A stretch of DNA of 64,000 nt, from assembly GCA_038868975.1 (NCBI GenBank), contig JAWCSA010000002.1, positions 8,059-72,058 of the forward strand. Direction: 5' to 3'. The position numbers and the translations under genes were made by a program. Positions 29,528 to 39,973 of the stretch are shown here, in pieces. Position 1 is the first letter of the stretch, and every line of letters begins with the position of its first letter. The stretch is from Nitrososphaerales archaeon. Its GTDB lineage: Archaea > Thermoproteota > Nitrososphaeria > Nitrososphaerales > UBA213. Below the pieces are notes generated by a model that was not told the origin of the DNA, did not search any database, and saw only the letters and a program-made list of their open reading frames with translations.

Positions 29528-31318
29528 ATGGTAGCAAAGGGCAGAATAGTATGGATCAGTGGGCCTGCAGTAAAGGCCGATGGTATGTCAGATGCAAAAA
29601 TGTACGAAACCGTTCAGGTTGGTGAGTCGAAGCTTATTGGCGAGGTTATCAGGCTAACTGGCGATGTTGCGTTCATACAGGTTTACGAGTCTACTGCGGG
29701 TTTGAAACCCGGAGAGTCGGTTATAGGCACTGGACAACCGCTGAGTGTTCTTTTGGGCCCAGGCATTATAGGTAAGATTTATGATGGAATACAGAGACCG
29801 TTGGACGATATTGCAAGACGCTCCGGTGCCTTCATTGGAAGGGGCATAAGTACCAAGCCAGTTGATTTATCAAAAAAGTACAAGTTTACACCTACGGTCA
29901 AGATGGGCGAGGATCTGCAACCCGGAAGCAAGATAGGTGAAGTGGAGGAAACGCCGTTACTACTGCATTCTGTAATGTTAGAACCCGATCGCCCGGGAGG
30001 GAAGGTGACTGCAATAGAAAAGGAAGGCAATTACGATCTGGAGCATCCTATCGCTACCGTTGAGCATGATGGTAAAAAGACTGAAGTGCTGATGTACCAG
30101 TTCTGGCCTGTAAGAAAACCCAGACCCTACTCCGAGAAACTAGATCCAACCGTTCCATTAATAACTGGCCAGCGCATACTGGATACATTCTTTCCGATAG
30201 CAAAGGGCGGTACCGGAGCAATACCAGGCGGCTTTGGAACAGGAAAGACTGTAACGCTGCACCAGATAGCAGCATGGGCTGACTCGAAGGTGGTCGTCTA
30301 CATAGGATGTGGCGAACGCGGCAACGAAATGACAGAGGTTTTGATCAAGTTTCCGGAACTTATAGACCCACGTTCTGGAAGGCCGCTTATGGAGCGAACT
30401 GTGCTCGTTGCCAATACAAGTAACATGCCTGTGGCTGCAAGAGAAGCAAGTATCTACACCGGTGTCACGATAGGAGAGTACTACAGGGACATGGGATATG
30501 ATGTTGTCCTTGTTGCAGATTCAACTAGCAGATGGGCAGAGGCATTGAGGGAGATGAGTGGAAGACTCGAGGAGATGCCCGCTGAAGAGGGTTATCCATC
30601 GTATCTTGCTTCAAGACTGGCAGAATTTTATGAAAGGGCAGGAAGGGTAAAGGCGCTTGGAAGCCCAGAAAGGGTAGGATCTGTAACACTTGTTGGCGCG
30701 GTATCACCGTCAGGTGCTGACTTTACTGAGCCTGTAACCACACACACTATTAGGTTCATCAAGACCTTCTGGGGTCTGGATACCAGACTTGCGTACTCAA
30801 GACACTATCCAGCTATAAACTGGATGTTAAGTTACTCTGGTTACTTGGAGGACATTGCAAAGTGGTGGGAAGAGAATGTTGGTAAGGAATGGTACAAGTT
30901 AAGAAGCGAAGGTTACTTCATTCTGCAAAGGGAAGATACCTTGAAGGAGATCGTTCGCTTGCTGGGGCCCGAAGCACTGCCTGATGAAGAGAAGTTGGTG
31001 CTTGAAGTGGCTAGAATGATCAAGATCGGTATACTGCAGCAGAGCGCATATGATAAGATCGACACCTACTGCGGTCCCAGGAAACAACTTGGACTGTTAA
31101 AGTTGATGGTTGGCTTTCATAAGGAAGCTAACAGGGCCTTGAAGGAAGGTGTATCGCTAGCAGATATTAGGGCAATGCCTATAATTACTAGAATGCTTAA
31201 AGCCAAGTTTGAAATTCCTGACGACCAGCTTGAAAAACTCGATGAGCTTGACAAAGATATGCATGCTCAGTTCAAACAAATGGGCGGTAAGCGGGAGGTA
31301 GAACAGGTAGTTGGCTGA
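29528..31318 (+). CDS. atpA: A/V-type ATP synthase catalytic subunit A
   Basis: Walker [17 protein letters not shown], and the non-homologous insert typical of A subunits. Confidence 0.9.
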   Translation: MVAKGRIVWISGPAVKADGMSDAKMYETVQVGESKLIGEVIRLTGDVAFIQVYESTAGLKPGESVIGTGQPLSVLLGPGIIGKIYDGIQRPLDDIARRSGAFIGRGISTKPVDLSKKYKFTPTVKMGEDLQPGSKIGEVEETPLLLHSVMLEPDRPGGKVTAIEKEGNYDLEHPIATVEHDGKKTEVLMYQFWPVRKPRPYSEKLDPTVPLITGQRILDTFFPIAKGGTGAIPGGFGTGKTVTLHQIAAWADSKVVVYIGCGERGNEMTEVLIKFPELIDPRSGRPLMERTVLVANTSNMPVAAREASIYTGVTIGEYYRDMGYDVVLVADSTSRWAEALREMSGRLEEMPAEEGYPSYLASRLAEFYERAGRVKALGSPERVGSVTLVGAVSPSGADFTEPVTTHTIRFIKTFWGLDTRLAYSRHYPAINWMLSYSGYLEDIAKWWEENVGKEWYKLRSEGYFILQREDTLKEIVRLLGPEALPDEEKLVLEVARMIKIGILQQSAYDKIDTYCGPRKQLGLLKLMVGFHKEANRALKEGVSLADIRAMPIITRMLKAKFEIPDDQLEKLDELDKDMHAQFKQMGGKREVEQVVG

Positions 31319-32693
31319 AGCAGGTGTAGAGTATACAAAGGTGCAGGAGATTAGGGGGCCACTGGTTGTCATAGACGGTGTGACTAGAGCATCATTCGAT
31401 GAGCTGGTTGAAATAGAAACTACAGAAGGCGAAAGTAGGCTTGGAAAGGTGTTGGAGGTTGGTTTTGGGAAGGCCGTTGTGCAGGTATTTGAAGGTACCA
31501 CTGGTCTCAGTATAACAGGTACAAAAGCAAGGTTCTTGGGCAAAACTATGGAGTTCCCTGCCTCGCAAGAACTCTTGGGCAGGATATTCGATGGTTTGGG
31601 AAGACCCACAGACGGTTTGCCGGAACCTATTGCCGAGGATTTCAGGGACGTAAATGGTGCTCCCATCAACCCTGAAAGGCGTGACTATCCAGAGGACTTT
31701 ATCCAGACAGGTGTCTCTGTTATAGACGGCATGCTTACTCTGGTAAGGGGCCAGAAGCTGCCCATATTTTCCGGTTCTGGAATGCCGCACAACATACTTG
31801 CTGCACAGGTTGCAAGACAGGCAACGGTGTTGGGTACAACCGAAGAGTTCGCCGTAGTATTCGCTGCAATTGGGGTTCAGTACAGCGAAGCACAGTACTT
31901 CAAACGCAGCCTGGAAGAAAGTGGTGCGTTACGACGCAGCGCCCTCTTCCTTAACCTCGCAGACGATCCTGCTATTGAGAGAATTATAACACCGAGGGTA
32001 GCGTTGACAGCTGCAGAGTACCTTGCGTTTGATCTTGGCATGCATGTTCTTGTTATCATTACTGACATGACCAATTATGCTGAAGCGTTAAGGGAGATCA
32101 GCGCTGCAAGAGAAGAGGTGCCGGGGAGGAAGGGCTATCCAGGCTATCTGTACACCGACCTTGCAACGATCTATGAGCGTGCTGGGAAGGTAAAGGGAGT
32201 GAAGGGTAGCATAACGCAGATGCCCATTCTGTCAATGCCGGCAGATGATATTACACATCCTATACCAGACCTTACTGGATACATCACCGAGGGGCAGATA
32301 GTGTTAAGCAGAGAGCTTTTCAGGAAAGGACTTTATCCACCAGCTGGTGTACTTATGAGCCTAAGCAGACTGATGAAGGACGGTGTTGGGGAGGGCAAGA
32401 CAAGAGCTGATCATATGGAGGTTAGTAACCAGTTGTATGATGCTTATTCAAGGGCACAGGAAGTTAGAGCACTTTCTGAAATAGTTGGTAAGGCAGGTCT
32501 TACAAGTGTTGATCTCAAGTACATGGAATTTGGAGATGACTTTGAAGAAAACTTCTTGAAGCAGAGCTACGACGAAAACAGAACGTTGGAAGAAACTCTC
32601 AGCAGGGCATGGGATGTGCTATCCTCCTTGCCAGAGGGCGAGCTTACAAAGATCAAGGAAAACTACGTGAAGAAGTACTACAAGGCGAGATAA
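31311..32693 (+). CDS. atpB: A/V-type ATP synthase subunit B
   Basis: 460 aa with the conserved B-subunit blocks. TTG start overlapping the atpA stop. Confidence 0.9.
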   Translation: MAEAGVEYTKVQEIRGPLVVIDGVTRASFDELVEIETTEGESRLGKVLEVGFGKAVVQVFEGTTGLSITGTKARFLGKTMEFPASQELLGRIFDGLGRPTDGLPEPIAEDFRDVNGAPINPERRDYPEDFIQTGVSVIDGMLTLVRGQKLPIFSGSGMPHNILAAQVARQATVLGTTEEFAVVFAAIGVQYSEAQYFKRSLEESGALRRSALFLNLADDPAIERIITPRVALTAAEYLAFDLGMHVLVIITDMTNYAEALREISAAREEVPGRKGYPGYLYTDLATIYERAGKVKGVKGSITQMPILSMPADDITHPIPDLTGYITEGQIVLSRELFRKGLYPPAGVLMSLSRLMKDGVGEGKTRADHMEVSNQLYDAYSRAQEVRALSEIVGKAGLTSVDLKYMEFGDDFEENFLKQSYDENRTLEETLSRAWDVLSSLPEGELTKIKENYVKKYYKAR

Positions 32694-33341
32694 ATGTCAG
32701 CCACTTTTGGGAAGGGCGCTCTGCCAACAAAGATCGAGCTAATTAGGATCAAGCGTTCCCTGAAGGTAGCTAAGATGGTTCATAAGATACTCGATGATAA
32801 GCGAGAGGTTTTGTTAAAAAGAATAGATGAAATGATCGAGGAAGCCAATAAGGCTAGAGAAGATATATGGGCACCTTTAGAAAGCATCTATGCTGCGGTA
32901 TTTGATGCTTATTTGTCTTTAGGAACCAGCACCTTAGAATCTATTGCCATGCTTACACCAGCGGCCATGGAAGTTGATGTGAATGTAAGAAGAATAGTTG
33001 ACGTTAAGGTTCCCACTTTACAGGTATCGACAAAAAACCTAGAGTCACTATCTTATGGTTTTGCGGATACCAACTCTGCTGTCGACAGGGCTGCTAAGCT
33101 GATAAAGAACGTTTTGCCTGGCATATGCAAAGCAGCTGAATTTGAAAATGCAATATTCAGCTTGGCAAAGGAATTGGAAAGGACCCAACGGTTAATCAAC
33201 GCCTTGGAGTATGTTATCATGCCACAGTACGAAAACTCGATAAGGTTCATTACATCTACACTTGAGGAGAGAGAAAGAGAGGAATTTGTTAGGTTAAAGA
33301 AGGTCAAGGTTGTGCTGGAACACAAGAAGGGAAGTGCATGA
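32694..33341 (+). CDS. atpD: A/V-type ATP synthase subunit D
   Basis: 215 aa. PTKIELIRIKRSLKVAK N-terminus and a long coiled coil. Confidence 0.8.
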   Translation: MSATFGKGALPTKIELIRIKRSLKVAKMVHKILDDKREVLLKRIDEMIEEANKAREDIWAPLESIYAAVFDAYLSLGTSTLESIAMLTPAAMEVDVNVRRIVDVKVPTLQVSTKNLESLSYGFADTNSAVDRAAKLIKNVLPGICKAAEFENAIFSLAKELERTQRLINALEYVIMPQYENSIRFITSTLEEREREEFVRLKKVKVVLEHKKGSA

Positions 33342-33463
33342 ATAGCGAATCTATAGACAAACTTTATGCCGAGGCTGAAAGGAGGCTCAAGGAAGAACAT
33401 GATAGAGCAATTGAAAAGATTAAGGAAGAACTTAAGGCTGCTAAGCAAAAGGCACTTCGATAA
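33338..33463 (+). CDS. 41-aa coiled-coil ORF translationally coupled to atpD (possible stalk subunit H/G-like)
   Basis: Below the ORF-track size cut-off. There is an ATGA overlap with the atpD stop. Sequence MNSESIDKLYAEAERRLKEEHDRAIEKIKEELKAAKQKALR. Confidence 0.35.
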   Translation: MNSESIDKLYAEAERRLKEEHDRAIEKIKEELKAAKQKALR

Positions 33464-33833
33464 AGCTTACACATAATTTCGTATTTTATACAGAATTTAA
33501 TACGCAATGCTATAGATTTTCCTTCTGCGTATTACTTCGTTTTATTGCAGGGAAGGGATGGCTAAGGATATGTAGCAAAAATGTACAGCATAAGTGTATT
33601 AATGTCCTGAACAACACATGCCAACGCATGAGGTATGAATAGTTAGGTGACGAAGAAGATTAAGAGAGCTGAATATAGGTTCAAGTTGATCAAATACATT
33701 CAAGAAACTTTTGTTATCGAATTATGCCAAACTCTTATAGTAAAAAATAAAAAAATTACTAATACCGCTTGGCAATTCGCTAATCACAAGCGGGATATAG
33801 TTAAATAGGGCTATTAGTGCATGTTTGGTGCAG

Positions 33834-34148
33834 ATGAATTATAGGCAAAGTGGTCTGTTTCTGGCTTTGTTGGCTGTATCCTTTTCCAGCCTGATGACTA
33901 TATCAGCATTTGGCCAGGAGACCACTGGTGGTATACCCGGTGAGCAGTTGATTGGTGCGGGACTCGCTTTTGGTTTGGCGGCACTCGGTGCAGGCGTAGG
34001 ACTAGGATATGTTGGCGCTGCTGGTCTAGCAGCTATTAGCGATAATCCGAAGATGCAGTCTAGGGTCTTCATATTCATAGGTATGGTCGAATCTATAGCT
34101 ATCTATGGTATAGTCATGATGTTCATCATATTGGGACAGGGACAGTAA
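33834..34148 (+). CDS. atpK: A/V-type ATP synthase proteolipid subunit K (c) with N-terminal hydrophobic extension
   Basis: Gly/Ala-rich hairpin GAGLAFGLAALGAGVGLGYVG and the ion-binding Glu in GMVESIAIYG. An extra segment LFLALLAVSFSSLMTISAFG precedes them. Confidence 0.8.
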   Translation: MNYRQSGLFLALLAVSFSSLMTISAFGQETTGGIPGEQLIGAGLAFGLAALGAGVGLGYVGAAGLAAISDNPKMQSRVFIFIGMVESIAIYGIVMMFIILGQGQ

Positions 34149-34216
34149 GCAACGTAAATAAATCCTTGTAATTTCTAAAGAAAGATTTTAAAGATGCTAC
34201 AAATGCATCTCAGCAC

Positions 34217-36337
34217 GTGCCAGTAGCCAAGCTGATGAAGGCAACACTTATTCTTCCTAGAGTAGAAGCATCGAGAGCAGTTAGCAGCCTAGCAGAGCTT
34301 GAATGGTTTCATCCACTGCCAAAAGGATCGGAATTCATAAACGTAGAACTTGATAACTTGTTATTGAAAGCGCAAAAATTGTTCCAATCGATTGATGAAG
34401 TTGTTAGGGCGCTTGAAATCCCTTTGGAAACTGGTGTGATGGCTACCATGTTCAAGGGAGCACCAAAGGGAAAGACAGAATTTGTTGTTGAAGACCTTGA
34501 TCATCTTGTTTCTGATCTGGAATCCAAATCCAAAGCTATAGTGGAAGAGGCCAGATCTCTTCTCAATGAACATGGATCTATTAAAAGATCGCTGGAAGAG
34601 CACCAAACACTACTGGACGCATTGAAAGTTGCATCAAGCATAAACCTCGATCTTAAAGCTATCAATACCTTGAAAAGGTTTCACGCAACTATGTTTATCG
34701 TTAATACCAAGGAAATACAGGAAATAGAAAGAACGCTTGAAGATCTACTTATCATAACAATGCAGTTGAATGAACTTAAGGTTGCGCTGGTTATCTTCGG
34801 GACTAGAGAAGACAGCGAAAGGATCGGCAAAGTGCTAAGGAGTTTCGATACACATCCATTCGTCATACCATCGCACCTACCACAGAATCCAAGTGAGGCC
34901 TATAAACAGGTAGAGCAGAGGATCAAGGAGCTGGGGAAGAAGAAGGAAGAGCTGGAAAAGAGTATAGAGAAACTCAAACTCAACATATCTACAAAGATTC
35001 TTTCTTTGCACGAAGGTGCTAGAGTTGCCAAAGATGTTTTGGAGACTATGAGAAAGCCCGGTGGTACGAAGAACTTTGCCGTTATTCAAGGCTACATACC
35101 AAGCATAATGGAGAAGAAGATGAAGAAACTATCGAAAGACTGGGTATGCATAATAGATGAGGTGAATGAATATGATAATAAAAAGGATGAACAAGGTGGG
35201 CTTCCGTCGCTGTTATCAAACACGAAATATCTCCGTACCTTTGAGGTCATAACAGCAACGCAGGGTATACCTAGGTACGGCGAAGTTGATCCCACGCCTA
35301 TGATTGCGTTTGTATGGCCACTCTTCTATGGTCTTATGTTTGGCGACCTTGGTCATGGTTTGCTGCTTTTCGGTTTGGGTATGTTACTTAGAACCCGAGG
35401 GCTGGGAGGCATAAGAACTTGGGGCACCCTAATTGCAGCAAGTGGTGCTGCTGCAGCCATGGCAGGTATGATAACTGGGGAATTCTTTGGGTGGCATATA
35501 CATAAAATTGCGGTGTTAAGTGATGTGCTGCACGACATTCCCTTCGTAGGTATACTGCAAGTTTCAGAGTTGAGTTTTGACCAAGTGATAATGGTGCTCA
35601 AAGTCTCCATAGCCATAGGCATCGTTCATCTAGTAAGCGCGTTTGTATTGAACATAAGGAGGAATCTGAGGGAAGGTAAGAAGCTGGAGGTTTACACTCA
35701 CAACATACCTATACTAGTAATGTACGGCGCGGTTGTTGCACTGATACTTGCAGCTATAGGATCTGGTTATGACATAATTGGAATGTTTGGAGTAACAGAC
35801 CGTGTTCATAATGAGCCTGTTCCATGGATCACTTTTATAGTTGGTGAATGGGCAACCGTAGAGGTTATTGCAAAGATCTCTGTTCCAATCTTGTTTGCTA
35901 TGATAGGGATCATGATGATGGGCCACATTATAGAGGAGAAACGTAGGAGGGCACACGGTCTGGAGACTGAAGGTGGCGGTATCATGGGAGCAGTAATTGA
36001 GATAGTGATGGTGCGAACAATGGAGCTACTCTCACATACAATAAGCTACAGCAGACTTGGCATCATGTTGCTTGTGCATGTAGCACTCTTGGTTACTGTT
36101 AATGACGCATACACATACAGTGCAAATAAAGGTGATATGGGCATGGCAATAGCCCTGCTTGTTGGAGGAAATATAGGAATTATTATGATCGAAGGTCTTA
36201 TAGTGTACATACAGGCAATAAGGTTGCATCTTTATGAATGGTTCCCGAAGTGGTATGGAGGAGAGGGAGTTGAATTCAAGAAGATCGTGCCCAAGATGCT
36301 TTACACCAGTTTACTCTGGGAGAAGAAGAGGAAATAG
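34217..36337 (+). CDS. atpI: A/V-type ATP synthase subunit I (a)
   Basis: 706 aa. Soluble N-terminal half, then a multi-TM C-terminal half with the conserved SYSRLG block. Confidence 0.85.
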   Translation: MPVAKLMKATLILPRVEASRAVSSLAELEWFHPLPKGSEFINVELDNLLLKAQKLFQSIDEVVRALEIPLETGVMATMFKGAPKGKTEFVVEDLDHLVSDLESKSKAIVEEARSLLNEHGSIKRSLEEHQTLLDALKVASSINLDLKAINTLKRFHATMFIVNTKEIQEIERTLEDLLIITMQLNELKVALVIFGTREDSERIGKVLRSFDTHPFVIPSHLPQNPSEAYKQVEQRIKELGKKKEELEKSIEKLKLNISTKILSLHEGARVAKDVLETMRKPGGTKNFAVIQGYIPSIMEKKMKKLSKDWVCIIDEVNEYDNKKDEQGGLPSLLSNTKYLRTFEVITATQGIPRYGEVDPTPMIAFVWPLFYGLMFGDLGHGLLLFGLGMLLRTRGLGGIRTWGTLIAASGAAAAMAGMITGEFFGWHIHKIAVLSDVLHDIPFVGILQVSELSFDQVIMVLKVSIAIGIVHLVSAFVLNIRRNLREGKKLEVYTHNIPILVMYGAVVALILAAIGSGYDIIGMFGVTDRVHNEPVPWITFIVGEWATVEVIAKISVPILFAMIGIMMMGHIIEEKRRRAHGLETEGGGIMGAVIEIVMVRTMELLSHTISYSRLGIMLLVHVALLVTVNDAYTYSANKGDMGMAIALLVGGNIGIIMIEGLIVYIQAIRLHLYEWFPKWYGGEGVEFKKIVPKMLYTSLLWEKKRK

Positions 36338-36347
36338 AAGGTATCTA

Positions 36348-37397
36348 TCATTCTGCAAGTAAGAGCTTCGACATTACAACGTCTGTTGGCGCCTTCTGTT
36401 CAACTGCAGATGCTATCGCAGCAAGGTTTCTTACCTCTATAGTTTTTAGCTTTATGGCAGAGATCATGGTACCATAGCTGAACATTGTTCTGAACGCTCC
36501 CAAGTACCTTCTAAATAATACCTTTTCAAAAGATGCCTCAAGATGAGCTATTGCCTCTATATCACTAGTGGGCTGTGGTATCATATCCTTGTATACCGTA
36601 TTTCCAAGTTCGGCTATAGCATCGGTAACATTTTCAGCGTTTATCATCTTCTGAATTACATCGTCGGTAACGGTAGAAGTAGCTCCAACTACAATTTCCC
36701 TTGTTTGCTGCTCGTTAAGACCCCAGAACTTTGACCTTAAAACACTTAAAACGTTGTAAGCATCTATCTCTGGTACAACAACTGCCTTTACGTCGGGTTC
36801 CTTGCCCGCAGTTGCCAGTCCCTTTGCAAGAGCCCTGTAAAATACATGATCAAGAAACGTGTCAAATATCTGCAAGTCGCCTTTTTCCTTATACGTATTA
36901 GCGGCCTTCAGTGCATCTTCGCCAAACTCGCTGCCAGCCAAGCTGGTTACAGCCTCTTCAAGATCTTTAGCTACCAACGCTTTGACGATTATATCACGCC
37001 TGCCAACAAGTTCCTCTGCACGCAAGTTTACATGAGGTAAGATCTCTTCATACGTCCTACCGGATGCCTTGCCCTTTAAAATAAGTTTAAGGTTCCATAT
37101 GATGTAACGCACGAAGTATGCGTTTAGCACATCAGAGCCTCCTGCTATGTTTGACATACTAGCATGGAAGTTAACAAGGTCCTCCCTTAGGGCGTTTTCA
37201 ATGGCCTCGGCGGTATAGGGTTTCTGCAATTTAGAAATAGCATCAAGGTATATTGTATTTTTTATCCGCGTAACAAGCTCATCCATATCTCTAGATTCTG
37301 CTAGTGTTTGCATTGCATCCTTTGAAAGCATCTTGCCTTTCGCAGTAAATGACTTGACTGAACCGAAGATTCTATGTGGCATGCTAATGCGTGTCAA
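36348..37397 (-). CDS. atpC: A/V-type ATP synthase subunit C (d)
   Basis: 349-aa all-helical protein of the right size. Convergent with atpI. Confidence 0.65.
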   Translation of the reverse strand: MTRISMPHRIFGSVKSFTAKGKMLSKDAMQTLAESRDMDELVTRIKNTIYLDAISKLQKPYTAEAIENALREDLVNFHASMSNIAGGSDVLNAYFVRYIIWNLKLILKGKASGRTYEEILPHVNLRAEELVGRRDIIVKALVAKDLEEAVTSLAGSEFGEDALKAANTYKEKGDLQIFDTFLDHVFYRALAKGLATAGKEPDVKAVVVPEIDAYNVLSVLRSKFWGLNEQQTREIVVGATSTVTDDVIQKMINAENVTDAIAELGNTVYKDMIPQPTSDIEAIAHLEASFEKVLFRRYLGAFRTMFSYGTMISAIKLKTIEVRNLAAIASAVEQKAPTDVVMSKLLLAE

Positions 37398-37454
37398 TGT
37401 AATTTACCAAACGTTCATCAAATTCTCTATAAATTTAATCTTTTGTAAGACTGC

Positions 37455-37715
37455 TTAATCAAATAGCGTTTCCAATGCCTTGGTTATCCTGGTTGCGAAC
37501 GCAAAGGTTGCAAAATGTAAAGTAAATCCTACAAGGGCCCCAACAATGACACTGCCTGTTGAATAATACAGGCCAATGAAGGTTGCAAGGGCAGGAATTG
37601 TAAGTATTAGCGCAAGCGCCGTGCTTACCCACATGCCCTTCACCATCAATTCTGGTGTTATGCTCTCAAAACGGCTTTTGAAATACACCCTGTTCTGAAT
37701 AATTTGATTACTCAA
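37455..37715 (-). CDS. Small 2-TM membrane protein upstream of atpC
   Basis: 86 aa with two clear hydrophobic helices. Same strand as atpC and 57 bp upstream of it. Confidence 0.4.
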   Translation of the reverse strand: MSNQIIQNRVYFKSRFESITPELMVKGMWVSTALALILTIPALATFIGLYYSTGSVIVGALVGFTLHFATFAFATRITKALETLFD

Positions 37716-38025
37716 CTGCCTTCATTAAAATAATCACACCGTTTTGATATAAATATTCATGATATGAAGATTATTTCATATAATATTTTTTAATTCGAAT
37801 ATTATCACCTAACGGTCAGAAAAGGGAAAATTTGAGAATTAGAACATTAAATCAGTGAAAAATTACAATGGTTATCTTCATAATTATGATGATGTGGTAT
37901 GAAATTTACTAAAATATTATTGATATGAGAAATATTTTGCAATAGAAATCTAGTCAAAGAAAAAAATCTATTTTACATGCACAGCTTCCTAAAAATTAAT
38001 TAAATGCGATGCGGCATATCATACG

Positions 38026-38466
38026 ATGCAGAAACTTGACCATGACCTGGAATATTTGCTGGATAGGTTCGAAGCGGAAGTTAAGCCCTATGACAAGCTG
38101 GCAGCGCTTGGTCTGATAGTTACGCCTTTAGCAATAGTTTTGATCATCGTTTTTGGATGGTTGCTTGCGCCTTCCCTACCGCACGATGCCCTTCGTTCCT
38201 TTGTTGCAACTGAAAGAGTGTATTGGGTTATTGGAGGAATATTGGCAATAGTGGGTGCGACGAAATTACCTATATTATATGCGGAACACAGGAAGCACCA
38301 GATTTCTAATAAAAAGTACAAACCGTTGAGTGGTGGCAAGTGTATGTGTGACTTGAGTCAGTTGAGGTACCATATGAAAAGACTGGACAGATCGGTACAT
38401 GAAGGGGAAAGAATCAGACATATGCGCATGATAAACTACTACAAGCAACGTCTAGGTATAAACTAA
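38026..38466 (+). CDS. Hypothetical membrane protein
   Basis: 146 aa with two hydrophobic segments and a basic C-terminus. Confidence 0.4.
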   Translation: MQKLDHDLEYLLDRFEAEVKPYDKLAALGLIVTPLAIVLIIVFGWLLAPSLPHDALRSFVATERVYWVIGGILAIVGATKLPILYAEHRKHQISNKKYKPLSGGKCMCDLSQLRYHMKRLDRSVHEGERIRHMRMINYYKQRLGIN

Positions 38467-38470
38467 ATTT

Positions 38471-38932
38471 TTACTGATAAATAAGTTCTTCAACCTTCAA
38501 TATCCTAGCGCAGTATCTGCAGTTAAGGATTGGTTTGGATTTGTCTATAACATCTATTACGGGTTTGATCTCTTCCTTGCTGTTTGTTACGCATAGTGGG
38601 TTTGAACATTTGAAAATGTCTACGAACGCGTCTGGAAGTTCCACCTTCCTCTTTTCCACTACTTTGTAATCTCTTATTATGTTAATAGTGGCCTTGGGCG
38701 CCAACAGCGCAAGTTTGTTGGTCTCCTCAGGCTCAAGGAAACGGTTCTCGACTTTTATTATATCCTTGGTCTCGAGCTTACTACTTGGTACATTCAAGGC
38801 TACAGTTACAACATTTCCCTCCCTACCCGTGATATTGAGAGCCCGGAGAACCACAAGAGCCATGCCTGGATCAATGTGGTCGATAACTGTACCATCCTTT
38901 ATTCTTCGAACGAGAAGCTGAGCTTCCGACAT
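38471..38932 (-). CDS. pyrI: Aspartate carbamoyltransferase regulatory subunit
   Basis: IKDGTVIDHI N-terminal block and a C-terminal zinc domain CSNPLC...CRYC. The start at MSEAQLL (38932) is preferred over 38965. Confidence 0.8.
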   Translation of the reverse strand: MSEAQLLVRRIKDGTVIDHIDPGMALVVLRALNITGREGNVVTVALNVPSSKLETKDIIKVENRFLEPEETNKLALLAPKATINIIRDYKVVEKRKVELPDAFVDIFKCSNPLCVTNSKEEIKPVIDVIDKSKPILNCRYCARILKVEELIYQ

Positions 38933-38974
38933 GAGAATACTTTGTATATGTCTGTTTATAACCATATTGTGATA

Positions 38975-39910
38975 ATGAAGAACAACCTATACGGTAGGGA
39001 TATAGTTTCAATAAAAGAGTTCAGCAGAGACGATCTGGAGTTTCTGTTTAAATCAACGGAGAAATTAAGCGATATGCAGCAGAGCGAAAAAAGAGAACTC
39101 GCTAGAGGAAGAATACTTGGATATCTTTTCTTTGAGCCTAGCACGCGAACAAGACTCAGCTTCGAAGCCGCTATGGCAACCATAGGTGGCAGTTCTATGG
39201 GTATTGCTGACGCTAGATCATCTTCACTGGAAAAAGGGGAAAGTTTAGCTGATACGGTTAGAGTGATCGATCAGTATTCAGATGTTATAGTGTTGAGAAA
39301 CCAGCTGGACGGCTCAAGCAGGTTTGCGGCAGAGGTTGCAGAGAAGCCCGTAATAAATGCTGGAAGTGGTACTGAAGAGCATCCAACACAGGCGATGCTT
39401 GACCTTTATACAATTTGGAAGGAAAAGAGAAGGATAGATGGATTACGTATAGGAATTGTTGGCGATCTAAAGTATGGAAGAACTGTATATTCGCTAATTT
39501 ATGGTTTGACAAATTACAGCGCTCAAATACATTTGATCGCTCCACCATTGCTCAAGATAAGAAAGGAATCGATTTTCAATGTGGAAAAGAAGATCAAGAT
39601 ATATGAACATGAAGCGATTGATGATGTAATTAAGGATCTTGATGTTTTGTATGTCACAAGGATACAGAGAGAAAGGTTTCCTGATGTGCAGGAGTATGAA
39701 AAAGTGAAGGGAAGTTATGTTATAAATTCAAAAATACTGGAAAATGCTAAGAGTGATGTTATCGTAATGCACCCATTACCAAGGCTTGATGAAATAAGTC
39801 ATGACGTTGATAATAAACCAAATGCGAAGTATTTCGAGCAAGTGTCGTATGGAAAGAACCTCAGGGCCACGCTGCTTGCCATGGTTCTAAACGAGGAGTT
39901 GGACTGGTAA
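38975..39910 (+). CDS. pyrB: Aspartate carbamoyltransferase catalytic subunit
   Basis: STRTRLSFE, HPTQ and HPLPR motifs. The start at MKNNLYGRDI is preferred because the longer track ORF overlaps pyrI. Confidence 0.85.
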   Translation: MKNNLYGRDIVSIKEFSRDDLEFLFKSTEKLSDMQQSEKRELARGRILGYLFFEPSTRTRLSFEAAMATIGGSSMGIADARSSSLEKGESLADTVRVIDQYSDVIVLRNQLDGSSRFAAEVAEKPVINAGSGTEEHPTQAMLDLYTIWKEKRRIDGLRIGIVGDLKYGRTVYSLIYGLTNYSAQIHLIAPPLLKIRKESIFNVEKKIKIYEHEAIDDVIKDLDVLYVTRIQRERFPDVQEYEKVKGSYVINSKILENAKSDVIVMHPLPRLDEISHDVDNKPNAKYFEQVSYGKNLRATLLAMVLNEELDW

Positions 39911-39973
39911 TACTTACAGATCAAGTGCTAAGCATTTCAGATAGAAAAATCAGATCAAATAATCTGGATTTTA

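Noticed and set aside
37716-38025. A 310-bp extremely AT-rich intergenic block as a second replication origin.
   Set aside because: It has no ORB-like or GTTAAC-type repeats and no adjacent initiator gene. It is more likely divergent promoters for the flanking membrane-protein genes.
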